Program-made: the position numbers and the translations under genes
NCBI GenBank assembly: GCA_011109175.1
Contig: RDEW01000002.1
Coordinates: 2,308,244-2,372,243 of the forward strand
Origin: Dicyema japonicum
Taxonomy: Eukaryota > Animalia > Dicyemida
Direction of reading: 5' to 3'
Length of the DNA: 64,000 nucleotides
Shown: positions 35,904 through 49,999 of the stretch, piece after piece
Layout: every line of letters begins with the position of its first letter
How positions within the stretch are numbered: the first letter of the stretch is position 1
Notes under the pieces: generated by a model
Databases searched by the model: none
Told to the model about the DNA's origin: nothing
What the model saw: the letters and a program-made list of their open reading frames with translations, nothing else

Positions 35904-38740
35904 CCAAAAATATATTGAACTTGTACTTTCTAAAGGTTGGCATTCACCAACTCCTCTGGATCATTAATAACCGTGAGATCCCTCATCAACAGTATTACCG
36001 GAGGACAAAGCCCATACAAGTGTTCCTATATTCGGACGATGTCAAGAGAAGATGCCATGACAAGGTTAAGGTGGGTAACTTTAGGTTTTGTGTTCCCAGG
36101 TTTCAATCTGTGGGTATCGAGGCTATACTATTAGCTCATCCAATTCGCTTTAGTCTCTTGTAACGTGAGTGGACTATGAACTAAAGAGACTCTTAAATTC
36201 GGGTTATAAAAAATGAGTTCAATAATCTGCTAAGAAAAGCTCGTGTATGACAGTTGTTTGTCTGATTCTATGGTCGTCATCACTGACTTTCAATATCTTT
36301 TGATTCTATCCTCTCATTAATAGTCATGAACAGATTTTTATACACGAGGCATCAGAACAGAGTGAGACAGGACAAGCTCTATCAAAAGCTAACTTTTTGC
36401 CGGTTCAGCACGGTTAGTGATTGCTTCCGATTACTCTTGATGTTTCGACGGGGACTGTTTAAAAAGAACTGTCCACCGTGATATTCGTTCTTTCTCGACT
36501 TTTTTGGGCATGACCCTTGGTGAGTTGCCGTCAGTGCAAGTTATACTGAATTTAAACAATTTTCTATGGAGTAATCAAATTACGGATATTTATTTTATTA
36601 TTAATTGTGCCCGGTTCAGGATGAGATACGGTTGAATGTGAGCCGTTAAAAATCAATATTCAATGTAACGATTTAAAAACCAAATCAAACAAAATGGCAA
36701 TCGTAATGATTGAACCTTAAATTTTTGAAAAAATGAAGTTTTATATCTGATCAAAGTTTGCTTTAAACTAGTCAAATTATCCACAACATTAACAAAAAAT
36801 AATTTAAATTTCATTGAATTAAAATTTCGATTGAACAGAAAAACGTTACTAAATGATTATTCCTGATGATTTTCGAGACACATTAAATAACATGCTATCT
36901 TCTTCACAAAGAAACTTCGTGAAGCCCCCCCCCCGATAACTACTTTACGGTTGATGAAATTTTATTAAATTTAATTTGTTTTAATTATGACTAATAATTT
37001 TTACTTTTAAAATTTTAGTAATGTACGTTTTCGTTAAATAGTTAAGACACCTGATTGCAGTTCCAAAGAAGATTGATCGAATATTTCAGAGGAAAAGGTT
37101 TATAGAAAAGTGTCATGCACTGTATATATTGCCTGTTGTCTATAAAAGAAGTGACGGCAACAAAACATGTAAAAAAGAAAAATTAGAAGCGTACCTTAAA
37201 GAATGGATGTTCAAAAATAACATCATGTTGGATAATCTTGATAATTTATTACAGAGTATTAAAGTGATTAAAGTAATTCAATAAATTATCTTGGAACTTT
37301 TTATAATTTTCGTGAAGGGGACTACTTTATTGTTGTATCGAAAAGGAAAGCTAATTACAGGTGATCCGAAGACGCTATCTAACACATTTAGAAATTGTAA
37401 TTTAGTAGCGATTCATGTGGAATCTGGAAGTATATGGGATCAATATTTTGTCAATCAAGTGATTTATATCACAAAAATGGAAACAATACATTTATCAAAA
37501 GTACTTATCGCCTTGCCATTGTGGTTATAGCAAGGCATGTACAACACAAGAAACAATGTTTTAAGCATTTCACGAGAGCATGTGCAGCAAAATAAACATA
37601 GAATGTTTTCCATAGATATGTTTGGTAGGGATGTTAATTCCATCCTCAGCACGTGTCTGAAGAGCTTCTATCGGGATTCTAATATTTCTAAGCTGATAGG
37701 TCTAGTGCTGCATTTCTTATAGATAGCATTTCTAGATATTTTCGTAAGCCATGTAGTTCCTGTTATTTTTCTCACCTGACCTCTGTGGAACGAGTCTAGT
37801 TTTTCCATGTCCGCTAAAGTTCCAGCGTTATATAAAATTAGGGTTATGTGAATGAATCGTATAATAGGATTCTCATTTTCGTGTTGATACCTCTTTGATT
37901 GGCTACATATTCTTCAGTTTATATAACGCAGCATTGGCTAGAGTTTTCTTACGTAAAATATCTTCGCAATCTCCCATAAGTGAACCGAGTTTTTTTACTT
38001 GTCACCACTTCTCTTCTAGGACGTTACTCTTCCTTCTTATCTTTGTGAGTTCTGCTTTCTCTGTTTACAGTAAGAACTCATTTCCCTAGTACATCTTGTG
38101 CTTTTTCTAATAGGTTTTCCAGGACCTCTTTGTCTTCAGAAATTAGGTCTACATCTTTTGCGTAGAGCACTTCTCCCGTCTTTCCTTGGAATATGGTCTA
38201 AGTTCCATCATACGGCTTCCAAATAAATTGTGAATAGTAGAGGAAAAAAGGAGTCTCCTTGTGGAGTGCTTGTGTTTGTTTCAAATTTTCTTGAATAGGT
38301 CTTTCCGACTCTCACAAGGAGGCTCAGTGTGGGAAAGTAGAATTCGGGTCATCTGTAGACTCGACTCATCAAGAAATCCGCTCTGTACCTCCATTAACTT
38401 GTTCCCGTTAACCGCATCAAAAGCTCTTGATAGGTCAATTCACAAAATGTTGGTGGCGCTACGGTATCTTTGATATGTTTCACACCTCCATCTATGACTC
38501 CAGACCGCATTAGCTGGATCTCCCTTCTCGAAAACTTTGACTATCAGATAGGTATTTGCAAGCAGACTCTTTTATTCGTTCGAGCACAATGTTTTCCAAG
38601 ACTTTGCGTAATGAATTTAGTGAATGATGGGTCGCAAATTTTCGAGCGGTCCTCTGGTTTTGTTGATTTTTTGTAGGGGATTAGTAGTTCCGTACCCAGA
38701 GGTAGAGTGCAGTTGGTTGAAAAAATTCCATTTAGTAGTA

Positions 38741-40308
38741 CAGTGCGACCCGAATTGGGGATTTTATTTCCCAATTTTGAGGTTTTCCCAAAAAAAGAAG
38801 GGTTTCTTTAAATTTGGGTCTCCCCTGTTCGATATCCAACCTAAATAATATAACCAAAACAGAAAATTACAATTTTTATTTTTTAATAAAAAAAATTTGT
38901 TAATTTTAATCAAATATTTGTTTTTTTTCGCATTAAACTCATAATATTTGCTTTGAATCTGTATAGATCAAGGACATTTTCCCGAGTCTTTTGCTTAATA
39001 ATCATCCAAATGTTCCTGAAATTGTTCGATGCAATCCTCTTCATCACTACTATTATCATCCCAGAAGCTCTCCAAAATCGCCTTTTCCACAATATCCGAA
39101 TCAATCAGACTTTCTCCGGTGTCCTCTTTTTCCCGACAGTCATATTCCAACGCCTTTTCAAACCAATGTCGTATAGAAGTTTCTGTAATCTCGCCTCATG
39201 ACAAGTTGCATTGTCAATTAATAATGCTATTTTTATTCTTTTCTCCCTCATTTCCTCGTTAAATCAAAATAACCAATTTTCAAAAATATTTTTTGTCACC
39301 AGGCTTTTCATGAAGCATAATATTCAATGCCGATTTCTTTCAGATTCACACCTTTTTGGCACGCCCAATTATAAGCGGTTTATATTTTTCTCCTGTGTAA
39401 CTGCAACACCAAAGAAGTGTCATACGTTCTTTTCTTATTTTATGTCCGTGACTCATTTCTTTCAACAAAAGTCTTTTTGGAAACGGCATTATAAAATGAT
39501 GCAGTTTCATCACAATTGAAAATGCTTTCTTCACTATATTTCTCAAGCAAATCATTGAAAGTCGATCGGAAATTTTCCGCACCTCCTTTATCAGCTGATT
39601 GTGATTCGCCATGTAATATTCTGAATTTTATTTCGAATTGCTTCTTAAATATGTAAAACCATCCATTGGAAGCAGTGAAATCTAGATTTGAATTTCAAAA
39701 TGCAATTTTACTTGCAATTAGATTTAAGGTAGGCCCATTGATTGGGAAACCTTTTGACCTGAAATTACGAAAAATCTCGTAAACTTGGGCATTCAATTTG
39801 TATCAAATTGTCCCTTCGGATGTTGAGAAGCCTTGAGCTAGGATTCCTTCCCTTTCTTTTTAGTCGGTGTAGCATTCATTTAGAGATGTTAAATCTTTCA
39901 CAAATCAATTTATCCTTGCAAATTCTGATCTTTTCATTTTGATTTAGTTTTCTAGGCATTCGCTTTCTAAAATTTATAGAATAACTTTAAAAATTGATAA
40001 TTATAATTGCTTACCAGGTTAATTAGTTAACTAACTAACTTACCAGGTTAAATAAATTTCAAAATTATTGATAATAAATTTGGTAAAACATTTTAGAATA
40101 AATAAATAATAATAAATCAAAAATTATATAAATACATAGTTTTTTGTTTGCTATTATATTAATGAATCGTTTATGATAATATAAAAAATTTCCTCAGTAG
40201 GGGGTTTATTTCTTAAAAAATCATCGTATTTTATATTGATGGCGAAAATATTTCCCCAAAAAAAGGGTTTCCCCGCTACTTGGTTTTCCCCAATTCGGGG
40301 TCGCACTG
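38741..40308 (-). mobile_element. pogo/Tigger element with both TIRs, internally deleted, inserted in the RTE
   Basis: CAGTGCGACCCGAATTGGG / CCCAATTCGGGGTCGCACTG with TA target duplication; DDE_1 remnants. Confidence 0.92.
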
Positions 40309-43300
40309 TATTTCTATTTTGTCATACAGGCAGTGGGATTCGAATTTTAGTAGTTTGAAATCTATTTTGTCTGGTCCAGGACTTGTGTTGTTCTAGAGTT
40401 TTCGGCAGGCCGTTTTGATTTTTTTGGTATCTCCAGGGGTCTTGGCCTTTCATCAAATAGGTGGATTTCTATGGTTTTTATGTTGAAAAGCTTTTCAAAT
40501 TGATCCGCGATGGCTTCAGTTTGTTCTTCGGTTTTCAGCATCAGCTTACCGATCTCGTCTTATATTGTTAGTCGACTTCGGTTTGTTCTCAGCAGCAAAC
40601 GGGCAGCGTCTTTCACTTGGTTACCTTCTTTCTATACAGGAAGCTATTTCTTCTAGGAAAAGCTCCTTGTTCAGACCTCTTATTTTTCTTCTGACACGTT
40701 GCCTTTCGCCCTGAAGGGCTTTTCTCGTATTAGCGTCACTGCCATTTTATTTTTTCATGTCTAATTTTTTTAAACTTTTCGCAAGCTCAGGAACATCTGG
40801 ATGAATAGCCTTCAGGTGCATTTACTATTCTCCCTTTTGCCAAATGCCCCAGCAGCTTCGTTGATGGTATCCTTTGTGCTTTTCCAGGCGTCTTCTAACG
40901 AAGTATCCACCAATACATCCTGCATATGAGTCTGAATGTATTGTTGATTTCTCTCAGTAGTCTCCCGTTGAAATCAGCCTTTCCACTAGCGCTTTTCCTT
41001 AATTAAAATTCCACTATCGTCATATCCCATTCGAATTTATTATTCGGCAAAAATCAGCCACCAATTATAAGAGACCCAAAGATCACAAAAAAAAGCGTCA
41101 AAGCAACTAATAAAGTGGTCCCAGCTTCTATTAACTCCCGATCTTTCCTTGAATGTGCCAGAAGCGACCCTACCGCCTTTGAGAAATTTCTTCTTGAACT
41201 TCTACAGAGGATCTTCATTAGGGGGTCGTTCTTCAGAAATGATCGAGATTCACCGTATGGGTAACAATCTCCCCCAATGGGGATCTCACAGTATTGATTC
41301 CATATACGTAGCCTTGCTTATTTCCTTTTCCATTTCGACCGAAAAACTTTATATTTTTCTTGTGATTATTTTAATTCTTGAAGACCGCACCAGTCTTTTA
41401 TACACATTGAATCTCCTCTATGAGATCATATGATCTAACACATCAAGAAGTGACACGTCGTTGCGTATATCAGATTTCTTTTACTTGGTGACATCGGAGA
41501 CAAGAAACCTCGCTTCAACAATATCACATCTGAAAAATAGCCTCCGCATCTAGCATATGAGGTTCATCCTTCTAGGTACACGATCATCATTCACTAGTTC
41601 CTTCGGGCACCCGTCCGAGATAAGGACCGCTTATGGCTCTGTGGTTAGCACTGTCTTTTGAGAGACATATGACATTCTGAAACATTTGGATTCTCCGGCT
41701 TTGCAGACTTGGAAGTGAAATGAATCAGGCAATCACCAAATTATCGTTCCGGACGAAACCCAAATTGATTTTTCGGATAGAATTTCTTGACCTTCTTTAA
41801 ACATCCTGGCTTTGATCAAATCACTGCCCGGAGCTTTATTCTATTCTTGACAGCTCTTTTTGCCATCTTCAACCATTCTAGACAGCCGTTTTCTCCGACA
41901 CTGATTCATAACAAGGATTCTCCACAATGACATCATCGCTCACTTCAAATATCTTTAAAGTTGGGTCTCAAAAACTAGAGGTATTTATTCTTCAGCATAG
42001 GAACAGCCATCCGGTTTCTTGCGCATAATCTCTCTTGCATTAATCATCCTTCATTCACGGATATTAGGAGTGTAATGTGGTCGCTGCCAAAATTTGGAAG
42101 ATCAATTGGTACGTCAGCGTATTCTGAAACAACAGGGATAACCAAGAAGACATCAGCTTGAGAAGATAAGTGATTATCTTTACTGAAACTTTCCGATAGT
42201 TTTTCAGGAGCTTGCCATCCCTTTTATCCTTCTTACCAAGGGACGTTCTCTTGCAGTTGAGATCCCTTCCCAGAATCGCCATCGATTTTCACACAAGAAC
42301 TCAGAGGTCTCTCCAATACATTCTATCAGGGATTTTGAATTCAGACCGCAAACGTCGACAAAACAAACATCAATGTAAAGATACAGATACGAAACCCGGG
42401 ATTAAAGAAGTCTCATTTAACTATATGACTTCAGACTGACATAGGGAGGCTCATACTCGATGTGGACGAGAATTCTGGATTGATCTCTAGAATGAACGTC
42501 GTCCTCAATCTCCAAATGTCTACTAAGTTTCATGATGAATGTAGGCTCTTCCTTACGTTCTTTCGTGTGCATGGACAAGTAAAGAACTTGGGAGATGTCG
42601 AAAATCTTTAGTTCTGAACTAAGTATGTTAGAATTTCGTCAACCATATAATTGGAGATCGATTGTCATCTACGAAATACATTAAATCCTGCACGTATAGG
42701 AAGTGCGTCGTTTCTCTGTACGAACACCGTGAAAGAATGAGGCGGATGTTTAAAGAGGCCAGGAACACATAACGGCTACCTATTCCCTAGTATTTTATTG
42801 GTGATTCTTGGTTTTAAATAAATAAAATGAATAAGCTAATAATTCCCATTCCTAGCAGTGACTGATCGTTATCCAAGACTGTTTCGGATGAAGGTTCCAC
42901 GCATTAACCAATCGGCTTATTTGTTGATCTTCTGATGGTTAAGGCCATAACGTACCTATATTGCACTAAATGTCTACGTAGGTTATTGCTCGATAAAGTC
43001 CCCAGTCTTCCTTCTCGTGACCATGGACAAGATGACAGACGCAGAAAACATTAAAAATTTGAAGGTATNGACTGTTTCGGATGAAGGTTCCACGCATTAA
43101 CCAATCGGCTTATTAGTTGATCGTCTGATGGTTAAGGCCATAACGTACCTATATTGCACTAAATGTCTACGAAGGTTATTGCTCGATAAAGTCCCCAGTC
43201 TTCCTTCTCGTGACCATGAACTAGATAACAGACGCAGAAAACATTAAAAATTTGAAAGTATGAGTTAATCGCTATGATGTAAATTTTTATTTAAATCGCA

Positions 43301-43749
43301 TGGTTTTATAAAACAGTTCACATCGGTTAACTGCAGAGTTTCTGACTTTTAGTCTTTTTGGAGTTAAGTCAAAAGCCTTCAATAATGAGTGACGGCACCG
43401 CCCTTGAAAATTGGTTGACAATGGGAGTTTGTATTGACCTAATTGGGCAATCAGGACGGAGATATAGATTATGTATCCAAATTTTTTATTTGGGTTTGTA
43501 TCCATCGTTTTATTAGTGAGCACAAGAATAACGGTGACGAGAGGTACCAGTAAAGCGATAAAGACATCAGGTTAATTAAACACCGTTGAANGTTTTATTA
43601 GTGAGCACTAGAATAACATTGAAGAGAGGTACCATTAAAGCGTTAAAGACATCAGATTAATTGGAAACCGATAAACTGGAAAATTGTCGGTCCTATGGGA
43701 AATCACGCCTTTCATGTTGTCCACAACTACTTATGAAGAGATAATCTCA

Positions 43750-45230
43750 TTTCTTACGTTCTCTTGTATTTAAATTAAATTTATTAACCAAAAATCATTG
43801 TCATATCCAGAATTAGAAAATTCAGGTGATCCGGCCTCCCATAGCAGTCTTCGTATATTTTTCTGGTGTCTAGACTGTATTTCTTTCGAAAATAGTGAAC
43901 TAGTTGTTTGTTTGGGACAAGAACGAAATCGTTAGTTATATGGAATCTTTCACGAGTGTCCAAAAAGAGAAGGTTTTTGTTCAAATTTACGAGCATGCTT
44001 TTGGTAAGAATCTCGTTTTCAAGGAGGCTCTCTTAAGATATCTCTATTTATAGAAAGTTGTGCTGTGATGTTTCATTTCTGTTGTGACATTTGATGTATT
44101 CCTCAACGATGAGGTAGATGTCATTCTGTTAGGTCTAAGTAGGATTCGCAGGAACTGGTTCTGTATGACTTATAGTTTGTTTTGTGTGGAAGTTGACAAG
44201 GGTGTAATCCATCTCTCTATTTATAGAAAGTTGTGCTGTGATGTTTCATTTCTGTCGTGACATTTGATGTATTCCTCAACGATGAGGTAGATGTCATTCT
44301 GTTAGGTCTAAGTAGGATTCGCAGGAACTGGTTCTGTATGACTTATAGTTTGTTTTGTGTGGAAGTTGACAAGGGTGTAATCCACGATGTACTTGCATGT
44401 TCCATTGTTGGTAGGAAATATCAATGAATAATGATTCAATGTNAAACACCCCACTTTATTTAACAAACAATAAAAAAGTTAATATATTTAATCAACAACC
44501 TTCCTCGCCTGCCTGTTCGCCAGCCTCCTAAGGCAGGTTCGATTCTAGTTGCTGAAACAACTCCGAGAGCGCCTTGTCCAATTGAACCCTCTGCCTATAT
44601 GGCATCTCAGGGCTCTGCATCTTATACTCCAGTGTCAGGATCTCTAGGGTCCGCTTTTACACAGTGGACTGTAGATAGGCCTGGAGTTCCTATCTACCCC
44701 CAACTGCTTCAAATAAACCTTGTTGTACTTTGTTGCAATTCCTTCCCACGTCATTACTATAGGAATAACGAGGACCTTGCAACCAAGCATCTGCCCCATC
44801 TCGTTTTCAAGAAAGTCATACTTTTTTTTTCTCTACTTCCACAGTCTGCAAACGGTCTTGAGACGTGATACCAACCTCTATGATAAGGACTTGGCCAGAC
44901 TCCTTATCGTGTACCACAATGTCCCGTTTATTGTGCTTGACTAGCACTGAGGTACGGATAACACTGTCTACCTTAATTTCGACCCTGGTGTTCTCTACTA
45001 CAGATTGCACCTTATGAGTCCGCAACTTTCTGGTGTGGCGAATACCATACTTATTGCATAGTAGAAGATGAAGACTCATTACTAGTCGTGGCAGAGCATG
45101 GATCCACATCGAGTGGCTAAATGATCAACCGACATGCTCCTTGACTTACAGTGGAGACATGTATTTGTTGGTCCACCCCAAAAATATTGTGGTCTTGCAT
45201 ATACGTGTACAGCGTGAGTTGTCACCGTAT
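43750..45230 (-). mobile_element. Fragments of R4/Dong-like retrotransposons; includes a tandem duplication of about 173 bp at 44040-44385
   Basis: HLLLCNKYG..HKVQSVVEN..LIIEVGITSQDRLQTVEVEK is homologous to 52640-53749. Confidence 0.78.
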
Positions 45231-45294
45231 TTTAGCCATATTGTCGACGACTTAAGGTCGTCATGTGGGTTATTATTATTATTAATAAAATTAA

Positions 45295-45968
45295 TTATTT
45301 ATTATTATTTAACCCAAGAACACCAATAGTTAATTTAATTATATTAAACTAATTAGGTGATCCCGGCTGTTTCCATCAGGTCTCTCATCTTTTTCCGGTG
45401 GACCTTCCGAGATCCAACACAGCTTCTCTGAGGACGGGAGGGTTTTGAAAGAAATACAAGAGAAGTGATGTAGAGTTTACTAGTAAGACCCAATACATTA
45501 GATCATTGTAGGAAGTTGGGTTTTCGGCACAGAGTGGCGAATCCCTTCCCATTTTGTCCGATATGGTCTTCCAGAGAGGTGGGTGTGAGACTGACTGTTC
45601 TCACGAGCTTGCCGATAGTTGTAGCTGATAGGGACTGAATATCACTGATTTTCTGTTTGTTCGTCCAGGATAGGTTGATTCCCCAAGACGCACAGGCGTA
45701 GCTGATAATGAATTGTTTATGTAGTAGTTTCAATGCTGGGAAAGGGGTTCTGATGCCACCAAAAATAAATTTGATCAAACCAAGCTTTTTTGAGCAGGCT
45801 CCGGAGATATATTTGACATGAGGGGAAAAGGTCATGTGCGTGTCAAAGGCGATTACTAAGATTTTCAATTTTTTCGTAAAAGGTATTTTAGTTTGGTTGA
45901 TAAATAAATCGACTGTCATTTTTCCAAGACGTTTGTCTGAGGTAAATAGGGATGTGGAGGACTCAAAA
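45295..45968 (-). mobile_element. 5'-truncated Jockey/I-like LINE
   Basis: KLKILVIAFDTHMTFSPHV..ISYACASWG; ends ETAGIT* with the atcacctaattag signature and (TAA)n. Confidence 0.75.
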
Positions 45969-46074
45969 TCCGTAAAAGACGCAATCAATATTTTCTAATT
46001 ATAAATAATTATGAACTGTATAATATATTTTCAAATTTTAAATAAATATGAATAAATTACATACATTTACATTA

Positions 46075-46834
46075 ATGAGACAGAAATGTACTAATTTTGT
46101 AAATTCTAGTTTATAAAAGAGTTTTCAGTTTAGTCTTTGTTTCCATTGGACTATACTTGCTTATTTCGTTAGTCAAGCAAATTCCTTCAATTCTATCCAC
46201 CAAAGAGGATTGTGAATATGAGGAAAACACAGATTCAGACTATACGTACTTTTTGACGATCATCGTTACTTCAAGTTTACAATTTAATCATTATAGGTCC
46301 GCAAAACTTTGATCGCCGACGAGTCATTAGGAAAACATGGGGGAATGTTTCATTTTACGACCGTCCAATAAAACTCCTGTTCTCGATCGGCACAAACTTA
46401 AAATTCAAGGAGGGTATAAATCGGGAAACTTTGGAAGAAAACGACATTTTGTATATCACAAAATTCCACGACAGATACGAGAAATTAACCCTCAAGTCAC
46501 ACTGGTCGTTTAAACATATGTTTTCCACTTTTTAATTCTAAGAATCAATTTTAACACGAAATTCGTGATGAAAACCGACGACGATGTGTTCCTTAATGTG
46601 AGAAGTTTGATCAAAAAGTTGGAAATGATCAAAAAGACTGAATTCATTTTCTGTAAGAAAACCTACTCAAAACCGATGCGGGACCCACGGATGAAGTGGT
46701 AACAAATTTGGTAACCAGGTATATCTCGAAAAAAGAGTATCCGGGCAAATTATTTCCCCCGTACTGTCAAGGTTCTGCTTATGCGATGCCGGTGGGAACA
46801 CTCAGAAAAATAATGGCAACTTGCGACTTTAAGC
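46075..46834 (+). CDS. GT31 family, copy 3, truncated by the assembly gap
   Basis: Intact spliced frame up to the N run at 46835-47400. Confidence 0.85.
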
Positions 46835-47400
46835 NNNNNNNNNNNNNNNNNNNNNNNNNNNNNNNNNNNNNNNNNNNNNNNNNNNNNNNNNNNNNNNNNN
46901 NNNNNNNNNNNNNNNNNNNNNNNNNNNNNNNNNNNNNNNNNNNNNNNNNNNNNNNNNNNNNNNNNNNNNNNNNNNNNNNNNNNNNNNNNNNNNNNNNNNN
47001 NNNNNNNNNNNNNNNNNNNNNNNNNNNNNNNNNNNNNNNNNNNNNNNNNNNNNNNNNNNNNNNNNNNNNNNNNNNNNNNNNNNNNNNNNNNNNNNNNNNN
47101 NNNNNNNNNNNNNNNNNNNNNNNNNNNNNNNNNNNNNNNNNNNNNNNNNNNNNNNNNNNNNNNNNNNNNNNNNNNNNNNNNNNNNNNNNNNNNNNNNNNN
47201 NNNNNNNNNNNNNNNNNNNNNNNNNNNNNNNNNNNNNNNNNNNNNNNNNNNNNNNNNNNNNNNNNNNNNNNNNNNNNNNNNNNNNNNNNNNNNNNNNNNN
47301 NNNNNNNNNNNNNNNNNNNNNNNNNNNNNNNNNNNNNNNNNNNNNNNNNNNNNNNNNNNNNNNNNNNNNNNNNNNNNNNNNNNNNNNNNNNNNNNNNNNN
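46835..47400. other. Assembly gap (566 N)
   Basis: Run of n characters. Confidence 1.
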
Positions 47401-47504
47401 CGTAAAAGACGTAATCAATATTTTCTAATTATAAATAATTATGAACTGTATAATATATTTTCAAATTTTAAATAAATATGAATAAATTACATACATTTAC
47501 ATTA

Positions 47505-48515
47505 ATGAGACAGAAATGTACTAATTTTGTAAATTCTAGTTTATAAAAGAGTTTTCAGTTTACTCTTTGTTTCCATCGGACTATACTTGCTTATTTCGTT
47601 AGTCAAGCAAATTCCTTCAATTCTATCCACCAAAGAAGATTGTGAATATGAGGAAAACACAGATTCAGACTATACGTACTTTTTGACGATCATCGTTACT
47701 TCAAGTTTACAATTTAAACATTATAGGTCCGCAAAACTTTGATCGCCGACGAGTCATTAGGAAAACATGGGGGAATGTTTCATTTTACGACCGTCCAATA
47801 AAACTCCTGTTCTCGATCGGCACAAACTTAAAATTCAAGGAGGGTATAAATCGGGAAACTTTGGAAGAAAACGACATTTTGTATATCACCAAATTCCACG
47901 ACAGATACGAGAAATTAACGCTCAAGTCATACTGGTCGTTTAAACATATGTTTTCCACGTTTTAATTCTAAGAATCAATTTCAACACGAAATTCGTGATG
48001 AAAATCGACGACGATGTGTTCCTTAATGTGAGAAGTTTGATCAAAAAGTTGGAAATGATCAAAAAGACTGAATTCATTTTCTGTAAGAAAACCTACTCAA
48101 AACCGATGCGGGACCCACGGATGAAGTGGAAACAAATTTGGTAACCAGGTATATCTCGAAAAAAGAGTATCCGGGCAAATTCTTTCCCCCGTACTGTCAA
48201 GGTTCTGCTTATGCGATGCCGGTGGAAACACTCAGAAAAATAATGGCAACTTGTGACTTTAAGCAAAAGATAAGATTCGAAGATGTTTTTTTCACAGGTG
48301 ACTTATGCTTACAATTCGAAGGGATATGTACTGTCAATACCACCGTAGAATTAATCAACGATTCGGGATTTAGTTCTTATTTTGCTCACAAAAATTTTTG
48401 TAGATACAAAAATTTGATTTCCTCTCATTATTTAAATTCGAAACAGATAAGAAATGCATGGATGTTCACTTATGGGAGACTATACATATGTTCGCTTGTT
48501 TTTGACTTCTTTTAG
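47505..48515 (+). CDS. GT31 family, copy 4 (KIDDD variant; intron-4 donor reads GA instead of GT)
   Basis: 1011-nt span with the same exons and a more diverged C-terminus. Confidence 0.82.
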
Positions 48516-49999
48516 CTAAAAAATAAATTGAGTTTGGCTTAGTTGGCTTTTACCAATTTTTCTGGATACATAATAACAGTGAGATCACAATCAACAGGAT
48601 CGAGAGAATCTGCCATGATAAGGCTACGGTGAGTTGGTTTCCCAGTTTTCAATCTGTAAGTATCGAGGTTATAAATGTCATGGATTTGGCCACGAGATTT
48701 TAAGTTGAAACTATAAAGGCCTCTTGTGGGACCCACATTCACGGAGGTCCACCCAGTCTCCGTCAAGTGCAACAAAACACTCACTAAAAACAACGCTATA
48801 TATTGGAACTAATTATCTCTAGTTGAAGGATGATTTACTTTCCGCTATTCCGTGATTCGTTCAAGTTGCCTCTTTAGTTTAGTTTCCAAATGCCATATTT
48901 AGCTGCCCCCTTTGCGAGAGACCCTCATTTGCTCTTCACCAAGCATAGATGAATCATGGCGTTGATTGCCCCCAAGACAAACACATCGAAATATTCTTTT
49001 TATTTTCACCTAAACATCTCGGAAAGCTCTAGTCGTCAACAGACCTGTCTTCCTTATTTAATTGATCTATGATTCTTGTCAGAGATATGTGAGTGGGTAA
49101 GACACTAAATTTATCAGTCTTTGAGCAGTTCACTGAGAGTCAAACATCCCCTAGAACACTAGCCAACGTCATGACTAGTTTCTCCATTAAAGTTGACCGT
49201 ACATATCCCAACAGAAGATCTCCCTCCACGTCAGTAAAACAAAGGTGACCATCACCACAAGAAATTCAAATATTCTGGTTATTAGGGTAATCGATCACGT
49301 TTGCTGAGATAGTCAGGTGGTGATGCGGTTTTTTAGAGATTTATAAATTTTTACTATTAGTTCATCCAGTTCGCTTTAGTCTCTTGTGACTTGAGTAGAC
49401 TATGAACTAAAGAGACTCTTAAATTCGGGGTATAAAAAACTGAGTTGAATAAACTATTTAGAAAAGCTCGTGTATGACCTAGTTTGTCTGATTCTATGGT
49501 CGTCATCACTGACTTTCAATGTCTTCTGATTCCATTGTCTCATCCGTGGTCATGAACAGATAGAAGAAAGGACTTTCATCCGTAAAGCATCAACCAGAAT
49601 GAAACGGGGCAAACTCGACCAATAAGCTAACTTTTTTGTCTATGCGGTTCAGCACGGTTCGTGATTGCTTCCAATGACTCCACAAGTTTCGACGGAGACT
49701 GGTTAAAATGTCCACCATGAAATTCCTACTTTTTTCTGTAGGGTATGAGCCTTTCCGAGGCTGACCTGGGTAAGTTGCGTCAGTGAAAGTTAAACTGAAT
49801 TTAAGCGATTTTATGTGACGCATCAGAAATTGTATTTTAGTTGCGATTCATGTGGAATCTGGAGTATCTGGGATCAATATTTTGTCAATCAAGTGATTTT
49901 ATATCACAAAAATGGAAACAATACATTTATCATAAGCACTTATCGCCATGATATTGTGGTTATAGCAAGGCATGTACAACACAAGAAACAATGTTTTTA

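Larger units (their letters stand above)
23880..42063 (+). repeat. Tandem segmental duplication: unit 1 about 23880-33383, unit 2 about 33418-42063; partial homologous units at 14820-16580 and 45970-49997
   Basis: Near-identical colinear blocks in the order HtrL copy, SINE, GT31 gene, MULE-like remnant, RTE with nested Tigger. Both units end in taatcatccttcatYcacggata. Confidence 0.93.

Noticed and set aside
42870-43680. Direct repeats of about 200 bp and 85 bp
   Set aside because: Each pair is joined at a single n (43069, 43591), typical of overlapping contig ends or haplotypes.
46696-47475. Long ORFs spanning X residues
   Set aside because: Artefacts of the N gap. GT31 copies 3 and 4 on either side could also be alleles rather than paralogues.
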